From: Alphaproteobacteria bacterium
GTDB taxonomy: Bacteria > Pseudomonadota > Alphaproteobacteria > UBA7887
NCBI GenBank assembly: GCA_965216755.1
Contig: CBDCGL010000011.1
Span: forward strand, 3,776,001-3,840,000
Direction: 5' to 3'
Length of the DNA stretch: 64,000 nt
The notes under the pieces are model-generated. The model was not told where the DNA came from, made no database searches, and saw only the letters and a program-made list of their open reading frames with translations. A program made the position numbers and the translations under genes. Positions 10,692 to 23,117 of this stretch are shown here, piece by piece. The first letter of the stretch is position 1. Each line of letters opens with the position of its first letter.

Positions 10692-13600
10692 CTAAGTGTA
10701 GGATTGAAGACTTGCTACTTCAAGGTTGCCCCGTCGCAAAGCGGCGATGGCATTGACCGCGGCACGGCTGCCGGCGACCGTCGTATAGTACGGCACATTG
10801 CCCATCAACGCCGCCCGGCGCAGGCTGAAACTATCGGCAATCGCCTGGGCCCCTTCGGTCGTATTGAATATCAAATCCACTTGGCCATCCTTGATCGCGT
10901 CCACCAGATGCGGCCGACCTTCGCGCACCTTGTTTATCACATCAACCGGTAGCCCCGCGTTTTCAAGGAAATCACCGGTGCCGCGGGTCGCGATGATTCG
11001 GAAACCCATGTTGACCAGGCTGTGGCCCAACACGACCATCGCCGGTTTGTCGCGATCCCGCACCGAAATAAAAACGGTTCCCGACTGTGGCAGTTGCGTG
11101 CCACTGGCAATTTGTGATTTTGCGAAAGCCCGGGCGAAATCCTGGTCGAGCCCCATGACTTCGCCCGTCGACTTCATCTCCGGGCCCAAAAGCGTGTCGA
11201 CGCCTGGGAAACGCGCAAACGGAAACACCGCCTCTTTCACCGCGACATGTTCGATCGCCCGCTCGGTCAGCTCAAAGTCGGCCAAGCGCTCGCCAATCAT
11301 CAGTCGGGCGGCGATCTTGGCGATCGCTACGCCGGTCGCCTTGGCAACAAAGGGGACGGTTCGACTCGCCCGCGGATTGACTTCAATCACATAGACCGTT
11401 TCGACGCCGTCACCATCGGTCTTGACCGCAAACTGAATGTTCATTAGCCCGATGACGTTTAGTTTTTTCGCCAAAGCCACGGTCTGGCGGCGAATCTCGG
11501 CGATGACATCGTCAGATAATGAATGCGGTGGCAACGAGCACGCGGAATCGCCAGAATGGATGCCGGCCTCTTCGATATGTTCCATGATGCCGGCCACATA
11601 AACATCGGCGCCATCGGCGAGGGCATCGACATCGACCTCGATGGCGTCGGCCAGAAAGCCGTCGATCAGGACCGGGTTGTCACCGGAAACCGCGACCGCC
11701 GTCGCCACGTAGGAGGTTAGGGCGTCACGATCATGGACGATTTGCATGGCGCGACCGCCGAGCACATAGGACGGGCGCACCAACACCGGATAACCGATAT
11801 TCTCGGCGACCGCGATCGCTTCGTCGACCGACTGGCAAGTTCCATTTGGCGGTTGGCTCAGGTCGAGTTCGGCAAGCAGCTGTTGAAAGCGCTTGCGGTC
11901 TTCGGCCAGGTCGATGGCGTCGGGCGACGTGCCAATGATCGGGATGCCCGCGGCTTCCAGGCTGCGCGACAGTTTCAACGGCGTTTGGCCGCCGAACTGC
12001 ACGACCGCGCCCAGCAACGTTCCGGCGGCTTGTTCGCGACGGGCCAGTTCGATGACGTCTTCGGCGGTCAGCGGCTCAAAATAGAGCCGGTCTGAGGTGT
12101 CATAATCGGTCGACACCGTTTCAGGATTACAGTTGACCATAATGGCTTCGATGCCGGCTTCGCGCAGGCTATAGGCCGCGTGAACGCAGCAATAGTCGAA
12201 CTCGATGCCTTGGCCGATGCGATTTGGGCCGCCGCCCAAAATAATGACTTTGTCACAAGCATTTGGCTGCGCTTCGCACAGGGCGGCGCCGTTGAGCGGC
12301 GCTTCGTAGGTGGAATACATGTACGGTGTGCGAGCTTCGAATTCGGCGGCACATGTATCGACGCGCTTGAACATCGGCAACAGGCCATCGTCCCGACGGC
12401 GCGCCGCGACGTCGGCCTCGGACATGCCGGTCAGTTCGCCCAGGCGCGCATCAGAAAAGCCAAGTTGCTTGAGCGCCAGCAGCGCGTGCGCGGTGGTTGG
12501 CAAGCCATCTTCGCGCAGCCGCCGCTCGACGGCGACAATCTGTTCGATCTGCGCCAAAAACCAGGGATCGAATCGGCACGCATCGTGGATTTCGTCGATG
12601 CTCAAGCCGGCGCGAAACGCTTGCGCGACGACCAGAATACGATCCGGCGACGGTTGCGCCAGCGCCGCGCGAACCGCGTCGCGATCGGCCTCCGCGCCGG
12701 GGATTTCGACGTCGTTCAAGCCGGTCAAACCGGTTTCCATAGAGCGCAATGCCTTTTGCAGCGATTCGGCAAACGTTCGGCCCATGGACATGGCTTCGCC
12801 GACCGACTTCATCGACGTGGTCAAAAGTGGTTCTGTACCCGGGAACTTCTCGAAGGTGAATCGAGGCATCTTGGTGACGATATAGTCGATGGTCGGCTCG
12901 AACGACGCCGGCGTGACGCCGGTAATGTCGTTCTGAATTTCATCGAGCGTGTAGCCGATCGCCAGCTTGGCGGCGACCTTGGCGATGGGAAATCCCGTCG
13001 CTTTCGATGCCAGCGCGGACGAACGCGAAACCCGCGGGTTCATTTCGATAATGACCTGCCGGCCCGTCGCCGGGTCGACCGCAAATTGCACGTTTGAGCC
13101 ACCGGTCTCGACGCCAATTTCGCGCAGCACCGCGATAGATGCATTGCGCATGATCTGAAATTCTTTGTCGGTCAGGGTCAATGCTGGCGCCACGGTGATG
13201 CTATCACCGGTGTGCACGCCCATAGGTTCGACATTCTCGATCGAGCAGACAATGATGCAATTGTCGACACGATCGCGAATCACCTCCATCTCAAACTCTT
13301 TCCAACCCAGCACCGATTCTTCGATCAGCACTTCGTCGGCCGGTGAGGCATCCAGGCCGGCGGCTATGATCCGCTCATAGTCGTCGCGGTTGTAGGCGAT
13401 GCCGCCGCCGGTGCCGCCAAGCGTGAATGATGGCCGCATGATCGCTGGCAGACCGACCACATCGAGCAACTGTCGGGCTTCGTCCAAACTATGCGCGACG
13501 ACACTTTTCGGTGTTTCCAAACCAATATTGGCCATCGCCTTTTTGAACAGGTCGCGATCTTCGGCCTTGGCGATGGCATCACGACTGGCGCCGATCATCT

Positions 13601-13940
13601 TGACGCCGTGGGCGTCCAGAACACCCGTTTCGGCCAATGCAAAGGCTGTATTCAGGCCGGTTTGGCCGCCCATGGTCGGCAGCAGCGCATCCGGGCACTC
13701 CTTGGCGATGATCTTGGCGACGACCTCCGGCGTGATCGGCTCGACGTAAGTCACGTCGGCGAGCCCGGGATCGGTCATGATGGTCGCCGGATTTGAATTG
13801 ACCAAAATGACCCGATAGCCTTCGTCGCGTAAGGCCTTGCAAGCCTGTGTGCCTGAATAATCGAACTCACACGCTTGTCCAATGACGATCGGGCCGGCGC
13901 CGATGATCAGGATCGATTCGATGTCAGTCCGTTTGGGCAT
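10692..13940 (-). CDS. carB: Carbamoyl-phosphate synthase large subunit
   Basis: [30 protein letters not shown], duplicated ATP-grasp domains and MGS domain, 1082 aa. Confidence 0.98.
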   Translation of the reverse strand: MPKRTDIESILIIGAGPIVIGQACEFDYSGTQACKALRDEGYRVILVNSNPATIMTDPGLADVTYVEPITPEVVAKIIAKECPDALLPTMGGQTGLNTAFALAETGVLDAHGVKMIGASRDAIAKAEDRDLFKKAMANIGLETPKSVVAHSLDEARQLLDVVGLPAIMRPSFTLGGTGGGIAYNRDDYERIIAAGLDASPADEVLIEESVLGWKEFEMEVIRDRVDNCIIVCSIENVEPMGVHTGDSITVAPALTLTDKEFQIMRNASIAVLREIGVETGGSNVQFAVDPATGRQVIIEMNPRVSRSSALASKATGFPIAKVAAKLAIGYTLDEIQNDITGVTPASFEPTIDYIVTKMPRFTFEKFPGTEPLLTTSMKSVGEAMSMGRTFAESLQKALRSMETGLTGLNDVEIPGAEADRDAVRAALAQPSPDRILVVAQAFRAGLSIDEIHDACRFDPWFLAQIEQIVAVERRLREDGLPTTAHALLALKQLGFSDARLGELTGMSEADVAARRRDDGLLPMFKRVDTCAAEFEARTPYMYSTYEAPLNGAALCEAQPNACDKVIILGGGPNRIGQGIEFDYCCVHAAYSLREAGIEAIMVNCNPETVSTDYDTSDRLYFEPLTAEDVIELARREQAAGTLLGAVVQFGGQTPLKLSRSLEAAGIPIIGTSPDAIDLAEDRKRFQQLLAELDLSQPPNGTCQSVDEAIAVAENIGYPVLVRPSYVLGGRAMQIVHDRDALTSYVATAVAVSGDNPVLIDGFLADAIEVDVDALADGADVYVAGIMEHIEEAGIHSGDSACSLPPHSLSDDVIAEIRRQTVALAKKLNVIGLMNIQFAVKTDGDGVETVYVIEVNPRASRTVPFVAKATGVAIAKIAARLMIGERLADFELTERAIEHVAVKEAVFPFARFPGVDTLLGPEMKSTGEVMGLDQDFARAFAKSQIASGTQLPQSGTVFISVRDRDKPAMVVLGHSLVNMGFRIIATRGTGDFLENAGLPVDVINKVREGRPHLVDAIKDGQVDLIFNTTEGAQAIADSFSLRRAALMGNVPYYTTVAGSRAAVNAIAALRRGNLEVASLQSYT

Positions 13941-15126
13941 GGTCGTCGATCAAAGTCACAAAGCGGTCAAAAAGATAGTGGCTGTCCTGTGGGCCGGGCG
14001 ATGCTTCGGGGTGATACTGGACGCTGAAGATCGGCCTGTCGCCGACGCGCAAACCTTCAAGAGAGCCATCGAACAGCGAGATGTGGCTCGCCGAAATGCC
14101 CGCCGGCAAGCTGTCGCCAACGACCACAAAACCATGATTTTGGCTGGTGATTTCCACTTTGCCTGTGCTCAAGTCCTGCACCGGATGGTTGGCGCCGCGA
14201 TGTCCTTGGTGCATCTTTTCGGTCTGTGCACCAAGCGCGAGGGCCAGCATTTGATGGCCCAAGCATATGCCGAACAATGGTTTCCCACTGTCGATCAGGG
14301 TTCGAATGACGGGCACGGCATAGACGCCCGTCGCCGCCGGATCGCCCGGCCCGTTCGACAAGAAAATGCCGTCCGGATCGTGGCGCAGTACGTCATCGGC
14401 GCTGGCGGTTGCGGGCATCACCGTGACACGACAACCGGCGGCAGCCAGACAGCGTAGAATATTGCGCTTGGCGCCATAGTCGATGGCCACAACATGTCGC
14501 GTCGGTGCGCCGCCGCCGACATCAGGCGCCACGGCGCCGAAACCATCGCCCATGCGCCAGGTTGTCTCTCGCCACGCATAAGACTGCGTACAACTGACTG
14601 TCTTGGCCAGGTCCATGCCCTTTAAGCCCGGCCATTTCAGCGCCCGGTCGTGGAGCGCGTCGAGATCAAACGCACCCGCGGGATCGTGGGCGACGACACC
14701 GCTCGGTGCGCCCTCAACCCGGATTCTCGCGGTCAATCCACGCGTATCGAGGCCACTGATGCCTATTAGATCATGCGACTTGAGCCACTTGTCCAAATGC
14801 GCGGCGCTGCGATAGTTCGACGGATCCGTGATGTTGGCCCGCAGGATCAGGCCACGCGTTGCCGGTGTGGTCGATTCGATATCCTCGACATTTGTGCCGA
14901 CATTGCCGATATGCGGGAACGTGAATGTGATGATTTGCCCGGCATAGGACGGATCCGTGAGGATCTCTTGGTATCCGGTGATCGAGGTGTTGAAGCACAC
15001 TTCGCCGACGGCGATTCCATGGGCTCCCAGGCCGTGGCCCCATAGCACCGATCCGTCGGCGAGAACCAATACAGCAGTCGCGTCAAAACGCGCCTCCGAT
15101 TGGCGAAGCGAATCGGCGTTTTTCAT
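13924..15126 (-). CDS. carA: Carbamoyl-phosphate synthase small subunit
   Basis: [39 protein letters not shown]. Confidence 0.97.
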   Translation of the reverse strand: MKNADSLRQSEARFDATAVLVLADGSVLWGHGLGAHGIAVGEVCFNTSITGYQEILTDPSYAGQIITFTFPHIGNVGTNVEDIESTTPATRGLILRANITDPSNYRSAAHLDKWLKSHDLIGISGLDTRGLTARIRVEGAPSGVVAHDPAGAFDLDALHDRALKWPGLKGMDLAKTVSCTQSYAWRETTWRMGDGFGAVAPDVGGGAPTRHVVAIDYGAKRNILRCLAAAGCRVTVMPATASADDVLRHDPDGIFLSNGPGDPAATGVYAVPVIRTLIDSGKPLFGICLGHQMLALALGAQTEKMHQGHRGANHPVQDLSTGKVEITSQNHGFVVVGDSLPAGISASHISLFDGSLEGLRVGDRPIFSVQYHPEASPGPQDSHYLFDRFVTLIDDHAQTD

Positions 15127-15421
15127 ATGGTCGATCGATCTCTGGCGGGAAACGGCCCGCATCCCAGTGGGCTTAACGACAGCCGAACGGCGTCAACATA
15201 CGCTGACGGTACCCCCTAGTCAAGCATGCGGCCAGACCAAAATGATGTGCTTTTACAAAACCTTATCGCATTTGATGTGGATTGGCCGGAGTTTCCAATC
15301 GCCACGAATGCAAATGTGGTTTATGTAGCGCCGATCATTGCTTCATTGGTGTGTCATCAGGGTGGTCGAATCGCGCCCGGATTGACGATATGCAATACCC
15401 TATGGACAGGGACGTAAGCTC

Positions 15422-15883
15422 ATGCGTGAACGCTTTGCGGACGATCTCAAGGCGGCCATGAAAGCCAAGGACGAATGCCGCGTTTCGACGTTGCGGCTGA
15501 TCCTGACAGCGCTCAAAGACCGCGACATCGCGGCCCGAACCGAGGGCCAGGGCGAGGAACCCAGCGACGCCGTTATCATGGACATGTTGGCAAAAATGGT
15601 TCGCCAGCGGCGCGATGCGATCAAGACTTACGAAGAAGCCGCGCGCCTCGAACTGGCCGAGCGTGAAGCTCGCGAAATCGAGATAATCGAATCCTACCTG
15701 CCCAAGCAGCTGGGCGGCGAAGAGATTGAGGAAGCCGTCCGTAACATGATTGCGGAAATCGGTGCCTCAAGCATCAAAGACATGGGGCGGACGATGGCGG
15801 CGCTGAAAAAAGTCTATGCCGGAACCATGGATTTTGGCCAAGCCAGCACAATCGCCAAGACCTTTTTGAGCAAACCACATTGA
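15422..15883 (+). CDS. yqeY: GatB/YqeY domain protein
   Basis: LKAAMKAKD...TLRLIL, YLPKQL, DMGRTM. Conserved position before dnaG. Confidence 0.9.
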   Translation: MRERFADDLKAAMKAKDECRVSTLRLILTALKDRDIAARTEGQGEEPSDAVIMDMLAKMVRQRRDAIKTYEEAARLELAEREAREIEIIESYLPKQLGGEEIEEAVRNMIAEIGASSIKDMGRTMAALKKVYAGTMDFGQASTIAKTFLSKPH

Positions 15884-15938
15884 AGCGCGGCGGGCCGGCC
15901 GCCAGGGTCTGGTTAGGTCACGCACCAGTGCGCGCGGT

Positions 15939-17738
15939 ATGAGCGTACCACCCGAATTTCTCGATGAAATTCGCGCGCGATTGGCGCTCAGCAGCATTGT
16001 CGGGCGTAAGGTGAAGCTCACCAAGCATGGCCGCGAACATAAAGGCCTGTGCCCGTTTCATAACGAAAAGACACCGTCGTTCACGGTCAGTGATGACAAG
16101 GCATTTTATCACTGCTTCGGGTGCGGCGCCCATGGCGACGTGATCGGTTTTGTCATGCAAACGGAAGGCATTCCGTTTCCCGAGGCAGTTGAGCAGCTGG
16201 CCAGCCAATGTGGATTGGCCATGCCGGTGCGCAGCGCCGAGGCCCGTGTCGCCAGCGCCCGACGAGCCGGAATTCTGGAAGCGCTGGAAGCGGCGGCCGG
16301 ATGGTATCAAAAACGATTGGCGGGGCGCGATGGCGCGGCCGCGTGCGGCTATTTGCGTGGCCGTGGTCTTGATGACGCCACCATCGACGCGTTTCGGCTC
16401 GGCTATGCGCCGGAACATCGCGATGCGCTAAAAATGCGTTTGACCCGGGCCGGTTTCGACGAATCGGTGTTGATCGAAGCTGGGCTGATTCGGCAGCCAG
16501 ACGATGGTCGGCCGACGCATGATTTCCTGCGCGGCCGAATCACGTTTCCGATCTGCGATGGGCGCGATCGCGTGATCGGGTTCGGCGGCCGAGCGCTCGG
16601 CGATGGACAGCCCAAATACCTGAACTCACCCGACACGCTGGCGTTTCACAAAGGGCGTGCCCTGTACAACTTGGCCCGCGCGCGCCGCGATGCGGCGAAG
16701 GCCGGCACAGTTATCGTGGCGGAAGGCTATATGGACGTGATCGCGTTATGTCGCGGCGGCTTTGAGCACGCCGTGGCACCGCTCGGCACGGCCGTGACCG
16801 AAGATCAATTGAGGCTGTTGTGGCGCATGGCGCCCGAACCGGTGCTGTGTCTGGATGGTGATGCCGCCGGGCGCCGGGCCGCGGCGCGGGCCGCAACACG
16901 GGCCCTGCCTTTGCTGGCGCCGGGGCAATCGTTGCGGGTCGCGTTTTTGCCGGCCGGCGAAGATCCCGACAGCTTGATTGCCGCCGGTGCGGCAAAATCT
17001 CTGGCCGCGCTTATCGACGCGGCACAGCCCTTGGCCGCCTTCCTTTGGGAACGGGCGTGTGCGGAAGTGCCGCTGGATACACCGGAAAGGCGGGCTGGCT
17101 TTCGTCAACGCCTCGATCAGATTGCCGGACGAATTGCCGACCGGGGTGTCCGCGATGCCTATCGGAACTATTTCGGCGAGCGGTTTGCCGCCGCCTTTCC
17201 TCAACCAGGTCTTCGGGCACGCGCGGCCGGCTCGGGCGTGCCGGGGCGTCCGTCGACCTGGACTCCAGCCGGGCATGGCCGCAGCTGGCCGGCGGACTCC
17301 GCTGGTGCCGGCTTGTTGCGGGGCCACACTTTGGGCCATGACAGCGTCGGTCAATGGTTGCATCTGGAACGCTATATAATTGAAAACGCTATAGAAAATC
17401 CCTCCGTTTTGGAACGAGGCGAGGATGCGTTCGCGGCGTTGTCGCTGCAGAATGCGGTCTATGAACAGCTGCGTATTTCAATTCTGGACATTTATGCAAC
17501 CGACCCCCACATCGATGGTGATGGCATGAAGCGGAGATTGGCGGCTGCTGGTCACGCGGATGCTGTATCAGCTTTGCGGCGGGCGCCCGCGGGCCCGGGA
17601 TTTTCGGTGCGGCGTGTGTGGCGGGAAGACGATGCGATTCGCGAGCGCGAGAGCTGGCTCGAGGCTGTGGAGCGCCACCAGCAGCAGGCGAAGGCGGTTG
17701 CCGCGGGGGCTGTCGTGAACGGCGCCTGGAAGCGTTAA
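15939..17738 (+). CDS. dnaG: DNA primase
   Basis: CPFHNEKTPSF...CFGC zinc finger, KYLNSP, EGYMDV, DGDAAG TOPRIM motifs. Confidence 0.97.
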   Translation: MSVPPEFLDEIRARLALSSIVGRKVKLTKHGREHKGLCPFHNEKTPSFTVSDDKAFYHCFGCGAHGDVIGFVMQTEGIPFPEAVEQLASQCGLAMPVRSAEARVASARRAGILEALEAAAGWYQKRLAGRDGAAACGYLRGRGLDDATIDAFRLGYAPEHRDALKMRLTRAGFDESVLIEAGLIRQPDDGRPTHDFLRGRITFPICDGRDRVIGFGGRALGDGQPKYLNSPDTLAFHKGRALYNLARARRDAAKAGTVIVAEGYMDVIALCRGGFEHAVAPLGTAVTEDQLRLLWRMAPEPVLCLDGDAAGRRAAARAATRALPLLAPGQSLRVAFLPAGEDPDSLIAAGAAKSLAALIDAAQPLAAFLWERACAEVPLDTPERRAGFRQRLDQIAGRIADRGVRDAYRNYFGERFAAAFPQPGLRARAAGSGVPGRPSTWTPAGHGRSWPADSAGAGLLRGHTLGHDSVGQWLHLERYIIENAIENPSVLERGEDAFAALSLQNAVYEQLRISILDIYATDPHIDGDGMKRRLAAAGHADAVSALRRAPAGPGFSVRRVWREDDAIRERESWLEAVERHQQQAKAVAAGAVVNGAWKR

Positions 17739-17984
17739 GGTTAGGTGCGTGTGTGGCGATTTCGCACACGTGATGACGAAAAGAGCATGAAAAGGTTGCT
17801 CATTCCGGTTGCTTGCGGCATTCAAAGCGGTTGGGCGACGAATTGAAGGGCGTAGGGCCAAAAGCGCGCGGTGCGGATGGATGATGGCTTCCATCTGCGA
17901 CGAGCGCATATTGGATGGAAACGCGGCGCGAAAGGAAATGTTCGCGACGTTTGCGCGTGTCCGGGACGGGAGTATCGCAAACTG

Positions 17985-20063
17985 ATGGCAAAACAAGCGA
18001 CAGCGACGGAAGAGGTCGATTCGCGCGACGAATCCAACGAAACTTTGTTGATCGACTCCACCGTGGCGGCGGTTAAGCGCCTGATTCAAAAGGGTCGCGA
18101 ACGGGGATACATCACCTACGACGAACTCAATACGGTTTTGCCGTCCGAACAGGTGTCATCGGAACAGATCGAAGACACGATGGCGATGATTTCGGAACTT
18201 GGCATCAATTTGGTCGAGGCGGAAGAGAGCGACGACAACGCCAATACCGAAACCGAGCAGGAGACGACACCGGCCCCGCAGGACGACGTCGATCTGGGGC
18301 GCACCGATGACCCTGTGCGCATGTATTTGCGCGAAATGGGCAGCGTCGAGTTGCTTTCGCGCGAGGGCGAGATTGCCATCGCCAAGCGTATCGAGGCCGG
18401 TCGCGAAATGATGATCGGTGCGATTTGTGAAAGTCCGTTGACCTTGCGCGCAATCGTCGCATGGCGCGAGGCGATTGAAGACGGCCGCATGCTGTTGCGC
18501 GATGCGATTGATCTGGAAGCAACATTCGGCGGAACGCCGGAAGGCACGGCGCAGGTACAGGCACAAGCGCAGGCGCAGGCTCAGGCTTTGGCCGAGCCCA
18601 AGGCGGACGGGGCCGACGGCGCGGCCGACTCGGCGGGCAACACCACAGCCGTGTCCGGTGCCAATGGCGCGGAGCGGCCCGAGTCGGGATCGGAGGACGG
18701 CGATACGGATCTTGGTGCCAATGGCGCATTTGATGCGGACAATGAAGCCGACTCCGATGGGGACAGCGACGGCGATGGCGATGGCGAAGAAGTCAGTTTG
18801 TCAATGTCGGCCATGGAAGAGGCACTGAAGCCCTCGGTTTTGGATACCTTCGCCGCCATCACGGCGGCTTATCAGAAAATTCGTCGGATTCAGGATCAGC
18901 GATTGAAGGCCGCCGCCAATGGCGAGACTTTGAAGCCGGCCACAGAAAAGCGCTACGCCAAGTTGAAGACCGAAGTGCAGTCGCTGATGCGCAGCGTGCG
19001 TCTGCATAATGGCCGCGTTGAAGCCTTGATCGACGAGTTGTATGGACGCAACCGGCGACTGGTCGGGCGCGAGGGGCGGCTGTTGCGCATGGCGATGGGC
19101 TGCAAGGTTTCGCGTGAGGCGTTTCTGAGCAGCTATTACGGCTCAGAGCTTGAGGCGGAGTGGCTGAAGCGTATGCGCCGCCAACGTGATCCGGGTTGGA
19201 AGACGTTCGCGGAAAGGCATGCCGACGAAGTTCGTGAAATCCGCGAAGACATCGCCGCCACCGCGGCGGCGACCAATCTCGATATTGCCGAATTCCGGCG
19301 CATTGTTTCGACTGTACAGAAAGGCGAGCGCGAGGCGACGCAAGCCAAGCGCGAGATGATCGAGGCGAATTTGCGCCTGGTGATCTCGATCGCCAAGAAG
19401 TACACCAACCGTGGCTTGCAATTTCTTGATTTGATCCAGGAAGGCAATATCGGTCTGATGAAGGCGGTCGACAAGTTTGAGTACCGGCGTGGCTACAAGT
19501 TTTCGACCTATGCAACATGGTGGATTCGCCAAGCCATCACCCGGTCGATCGCCGACCAGGCACGGACGATCCGTATTCCCGTCCACATGATCGAGACCAT
19601 CAATAAACTGGTGCGTACGTCGCGCCAGATGCTGCATGAGATTGGCCGGGAACCCACCCCCGAAGAACTGGCTGAGAAGCTGTCAATGCCGCTGGAGAAA
19701 GTGCGCAAGGTTCTGAAGATCGCCAAGGAACCGATCAGCTTGGAAACGCCGATTGGTGACGAGGAAGACAGCCATCTGGGCGATTTCATCGAAGATAAGA
19801 ACGCCGTTCAACCGCTGGACGCGGCGATCCAAAGCAATTTGCGCGAGACGACAACGCGGGTGCTGGCCAGTTTGACACCACGCGAAGAGCGGGTGCTGCG
19901 CATGCGCTTCGGCATTGGCATGAATACCGACCATACGCTGGAGGAAGTCGGTCAGCAGTTTTCGGTGACCCGAGAACGCATTCGTCAGATTGAAGCCAAG
20001 GCGTTGCGCAAGCTCAAGCATCCGTCGCGATCGCGCAAACTGCGCAGTTTCCTCGACACTTAG
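17985..20063 (+). CDS. rpoD: RNA polymerase sigma-70 factor RpoD
   Basis: [49 protein letters not shown], region 4 HTH. Start trimmed to MAKQ. Confidence 0.98.
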   Translation: MAKQATATEEVDSRDESNETLLIDSTVAAVKRLIQKGRERGYITYDELNTVLPSEQVSSEQIEDTMAMISELGINLVEAEESDDNANTETEQETTPAPQDDVDLGRTDDPVRMYLREMGSVELLSREGEIAIAKRIEAGREMMIGAICESPLTLRAIVAWREAIEDGRMLLRDAIDLEATFGGTPEGTAQVQAQAQAQAQALAEPKADGADGAADSAGNTTAVSGANGAERPESGSEDGDTDLGANGAFDADNEADSDGDSDGDGDGEEVSLSMSAMEEALKPSVLDTFAAITAAYQKIRRIQDQRLKAAANGETLKPATEKRYAKLKTEVQSLMRSVRLHNGRVEALIDELYGRNRRLVGREGRLLRMAMGCKVSREAFLSSYYGSELEAEWLKRMRRQRDPGWKTFAERHADEVREIREDIAATAAATNLDIAEFRRIVSTVQKGEREATQAKREMIEANLRLVISIAKKYTNRGLQFLDLIQEGNIGLMKAVDKFEYRRGYKFSTYATWWIRQAITRSIADQARTIRIPVHMIETINKLVRTSRQMLHEIGREPTPEELAEKLSMPLEKVRKVLKIAKEPISLETPIGDEEDSHLGDFIEDKNAVQPLDAAIQSNLRETTTRVLASLTPREERVLRMRFGIGMNTDHTLEEVGQQFSVTRERIRQIEAKALRKLKHPSRSRKLRSFLDT

Positions 20064-20172
20064 AGCTCACGGCACGCGCTGCGCCAAGCGGCGAGGCCGA
20101 TCGCTGTCCGGTGCCCGGTCGCGATACCGCGCTTCACGACGGTCGGAACATCTGCTATCTGACCTCGAAACC

Positions 20173-20249
20173 GGGCCCGTAGTTCAGTTGGTCAGAACGC
20201 GCCGCTCATAACGGTGTTGTCGCAGGTTCGAGTCCTGCCGGGCCCACCA
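20173..20249 (+). tRNA. tRNA with CAT anticodon, most likely tRNA-Ile2 (lysidine) rather than Met
   Basis: GGGCCCG/CGGGCCC acceptor stem, CTCATAA anticodon loop, GGTTCGAGTCC T-arm and encoded CCA. The G1-C72 pair excludes an initiator tRNA; position after rpoD matches ileX-type synteny. Confidence 0.9.
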
Positions 20250-20262
20250 TCCAATCCCGCAA

Positions 20263-20375
20263 ATTACGGTGGTATTACGGTGACAGTTTACTAATTATGC
20301 CATATTTTGTATATCAGTCCCATGGTGCGCTAGATATGGTATATTTAGTAAACTGTCACCGTAATACACCGTAAT
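20263..20375. repeat. 113-bp AT-rich inverted-repeat element (REP/REPIN- or MITE-like)
   Basis: Left arm ATTACGGTGGTATTACGGTGACAGTTTACTAA versus right arm TTAGTAAACTGTCACCGTAATACACCGTAAT: 31 complementary bases with one indel, plus imperfect pairing further inward. Confidence 0.85.
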
Positions 20376-20383
20376 ATCATGCC

Positions 20384-20866
20384 ATGATCCGGGCGTTGAC
20401 ATCGACCGACCGTAGCGCCGCGCTGCACGTCATCAACACCTCAGCGCGGTGGTATCGAGAGTTCCTCGACGACGGCGAAGTCCATGACCCGGAGATGACC
20501 GCGGCCGACTGGGATCGGGAATCTCAACGGATGACCTGGTACGGGGCGTTCGATGCGCAGTCGCTGGTCGGAGTCGCGGCGCTGGAGTACATCAAAGACG
20601 TTGCGCTGCTGCGACATGCGTACATTTTGCCTGCGTGGCAGCGCCAGGGTACCGGCAGCCTTCTGACACAGGCGCTGGAGGGGCAGGTCGCGTGCGGCGT
20701 GCGCATCGTGGTTGGCACCTATCGCGCCAACTACAAGGCACGCGGCGCACTTGCGAAACTCGGCTATCGCGAATGCGCGGACAGCGACGCGGTGTTGCGC
20801 GCCTATTACCGCATCCCGGAAGATCGGCTGCGCGCATCCGTGGCCTACGAGAAGCTGCGCCAGTAA
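20384..20866 (+). CDS. GNAT family N-acetyltransferase
   Basis: Acetyl-CoA motif A (YILPAWQRQGTGSLL), 160 aa. Confidence 0.85.
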   Translation: MIRALTSTDRSAALHVINTSARWYREFLDDGEVHDPEMTAADWDRESQRMTWYGAFDAQSLVGVAALEYIKDVALLRHAYILPAWQRQGTGSLLTQALEGQVACGVRIVVGTYRANYKARGALAKLGYRECADSDAVLRAYYRIPEDRLRASVAYEKLRQ

Positions 20867-20987
20867 TCGCGCCGGCTTCGCCTAGGGTGTGTCAGGTATC
20901 CGCGCATGGGTAAAATCGTATGTGCCCGCGCGGCGGTTGCCCTCAGCTCGGCCGGAGACTGATATCGCGCGCAAACCCGATTCGCGT

Positions 20988-22682
20988 TCATGCGGCGTCG
21001 GCGAAGTCCCGTAACAATTGTCCCGGTGTGCCACAGTCGTCAAGGTTGTCACCCCGGCTGTCTACCGTCCGCACGCCATTCACCCAGACGCCATGCAACC
21101 CGACAGCCGGCGTATCGATGCGGTCAGCGCCGGTCGGCAAGTCATAGACCCGGCGTTTCTCGCCGCGTGCCACGGTGTTCGGATCGAACAACATCAGATC
21201 GGCCCAGGCGCCCGGCATCAAGCGGCCGCGGTCTTTGATGCGGTAGATATCTGCCGCGCGTGAGGTCAACGCCTGCACGGCGTATTCCACCGACATGTCA
21301 CCGCGGTCGCGCGCCCAATGCCCCAACAGGTGCAGGCCGAACCCGGCATCGCACAGAAACGAAAGATGAGCCCCAGCGTCGGACAAAGTTATCGCGGCGG
21401 CGGGGTTGCGCAGCAACTGTACGACCTGGTCCTCATCTACATTGAAAAGGCGGCAATCGAACATGGTCTTGAGGTCGTCGGCGAGACCGAAATCGAGAAA
21501 CCAATCCCATGGATCCTTGCCGGCCTCGCGCGCCAGAGGGCCGACCTTTTTGCCGACAAAGTCACGGTGGACCGGCTTATGCGCCGACATGATCGTCATA
21601 TGGTCCCAGTTGTGCGAAGAGAAGCGATTCGGCACACCCGTCGTCTTCATCTCGTCCTTAAGGTTCTGACGGAAAGAGCCATCGGCGAGAATCGCCCTAT
21701 AGGTTTCGGTCCCCTCCGCCTTTATCGCCGGACGCCAGCTCATCAGTGCCTCCAACGGATAGGGATGTTCCAAAGTGAATTCCATCCCGAGAGGGAAACA
21801 GCCGACCTGAGACCAAAGTTCGCGTCCGCGCGTGCGGGCGGCCTCAATTTGACCAATTTCGCGGAACACGCGGTCGGGATCACCCGGATCGACAAACATC
21901 GCCGCGATCATGACGGGACGGCCGTTCCTTTCGGCGATCTCTTCGAGCCAAGGCACGGTTGTTGTCATGCCTTTGGTGAGCATGAAAACGCCCTTTTCTG
22001 CCTCACCCAACGCGCCGGTCAGTTCCTGCATTTCATGTTCGTCGGCAAGGCGCGATGGCATGGGAATCCCCGCATCGCCATTGTGCTGCTCTAAGGTAGA
22101 CGTTGCGAAACCGCAGGCTCCCGATTCAAGCGCTTCCAACACGAGAGCCTTCATTTCCGCGACTTCCGTCGCGGTTGCGGCGCGGTTCGATGCGTCGTCG
22201 CCAAGCACCCACGTGCGAACCGACGAGTGGCCACAGAACGCGGCGACATTCGGCACCATCCCCCGGCGTTCCAGTGACCGCAAGTAATCCGGAAAGGTTA
22301 CGAAGTCCCAGTCGATCCCAGCCTGCATTGCTTCCAACGACATGCCTTCGACATGGGTCAGGTTCTTCAACGTCCTCTCGCGATGTTCCGGTTTGCAGGG
22401 CGCGATGGTGAAACCACAATTGCCGATGACCACGGTGGTCACGCCGAGCCTGTTCGACGGGGTCGCATAGGGATCCCAGGTAAGTTGGGCATCGAAATGG
22501 GTATGCAGATCGATGATACCGGGTGAGAGGCTTAGTCCGCCCGCGTCCACCACTTCGTGGCCGTCGCCAACCGCATGGCCGACGTCGGCGATACGCCCAC
22601 CCTTGACGGCGAGCGCGCCCTCGAAACCAGGATTTCCGAGGCCGTCGAGGATAATCGCGTTCTTGATGACCAGATCGTGCAT
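20988..22682 (-). CDS. Amidohydrolase, N-acyl-D-amino-acid deacylase family
   Basis: PGIIDLHTHFD, GVTTVVIGNCG, SDAGAH, RGRLMPGAWADL. Confidence 0.88.
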   Translation of the reverse strand: MHDLVIKNAIILDGLGNPGFEGALAVKGGRIADVGHAVGDGHEVVDAGGLSLSPGIIDLHTHFDAQLTWDPYATPSNRLGVTTVVIGNCGFTIAPCKPEHRERTLKNLTHVEGMSLEAMQAGIDWDFVTFPDYLRSLERRGMVPNVAAFCGHSSVRTWVLGDDASNRAATATEVAEMKALVLEALESGACGFATSTLEQHNGDAGIPMPSRLADEHEMQELTGALGEAEKGVFMLTKGMTTTVPWLEEIAERNGRPVMIAAMFVDPGDPDRVFREIGQIEAARTRGRELWSQVGCFPLGMEFTLEHPYPLEALMSWRPAIKAEGTETYRAILADGSFRQNLKDEMKTTGVPNRFSSHNWDHMTIMSAHKPVHRDFVGKKVGPLAREAGKDPWDWFLDFGLADDLKTMFDCRLFNVDEDQVVQLLRNPAAAITLSDAGAHLSFLCDAGFGLHLLGHWARDRGDMSVEYAVQALTSRAADIYRIKDRGRLMPGAWADLMLFDPNTVARGEKRRVYDLPTGADRIDTPAVGLHGVWVNGVRTVDSRGDNLDDCGTPGQLLRDFADAA

Positions 22683-23117
22683 GCCTGCCAATTCCTTGCG
22701 CGCCGTCGAAACGATATCTCCAAATTTAACATGAACCCACGACTCAGAATTCCGGAAGCCTTAAGACTCGTTTGAAGCGCCCTGTGCCGGCGCGCATGTT
22801 CCCTGATTCCGGAGTACAGATGCGCGCTATGGGTGTTTGGGAACGCCGCGGCCAAGTCATGGACGTGGTGGTCAAAATTAGTGGGACCCCCAATCCAATT
22901 GGCCACATCAATGAAATTTCCCATATTGCAGGCAAATGAGCGGAGACGGCTTGGCTAGTGATTGCGTGACCGCCGGCCGGCGAATTGCCCAAACCGGAGA
23001 CAGAGGTCACGGAACGTGACAATCTAACCCAAGAATCGGTAGTCGCCTTGGGCCGGACCGCCATACACCAAGACCAAGGCAAGATGGCGCGCGTGCGGCG
23101 ACGTCACAGAGGGGCGT

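Noticed and set aside
18540-18800. AQAQAQ and Asp/Gly-rich repeats in rpoD
   Set aside because: Ordinary low-complexity acidic non-conserved region of alphaproteobacterial sigma-70.
20263-20375. CRISPR array
   Set aside because: The repeats are inverted and nested, not direct repeats with spacers, and there are no cas genes.
22951-22966. Sigma-54 promoter upstream of the GMC gene
   Set aside because: TGGCTA-N4-TTGC is one base short of the strict -24/-12 spacing.
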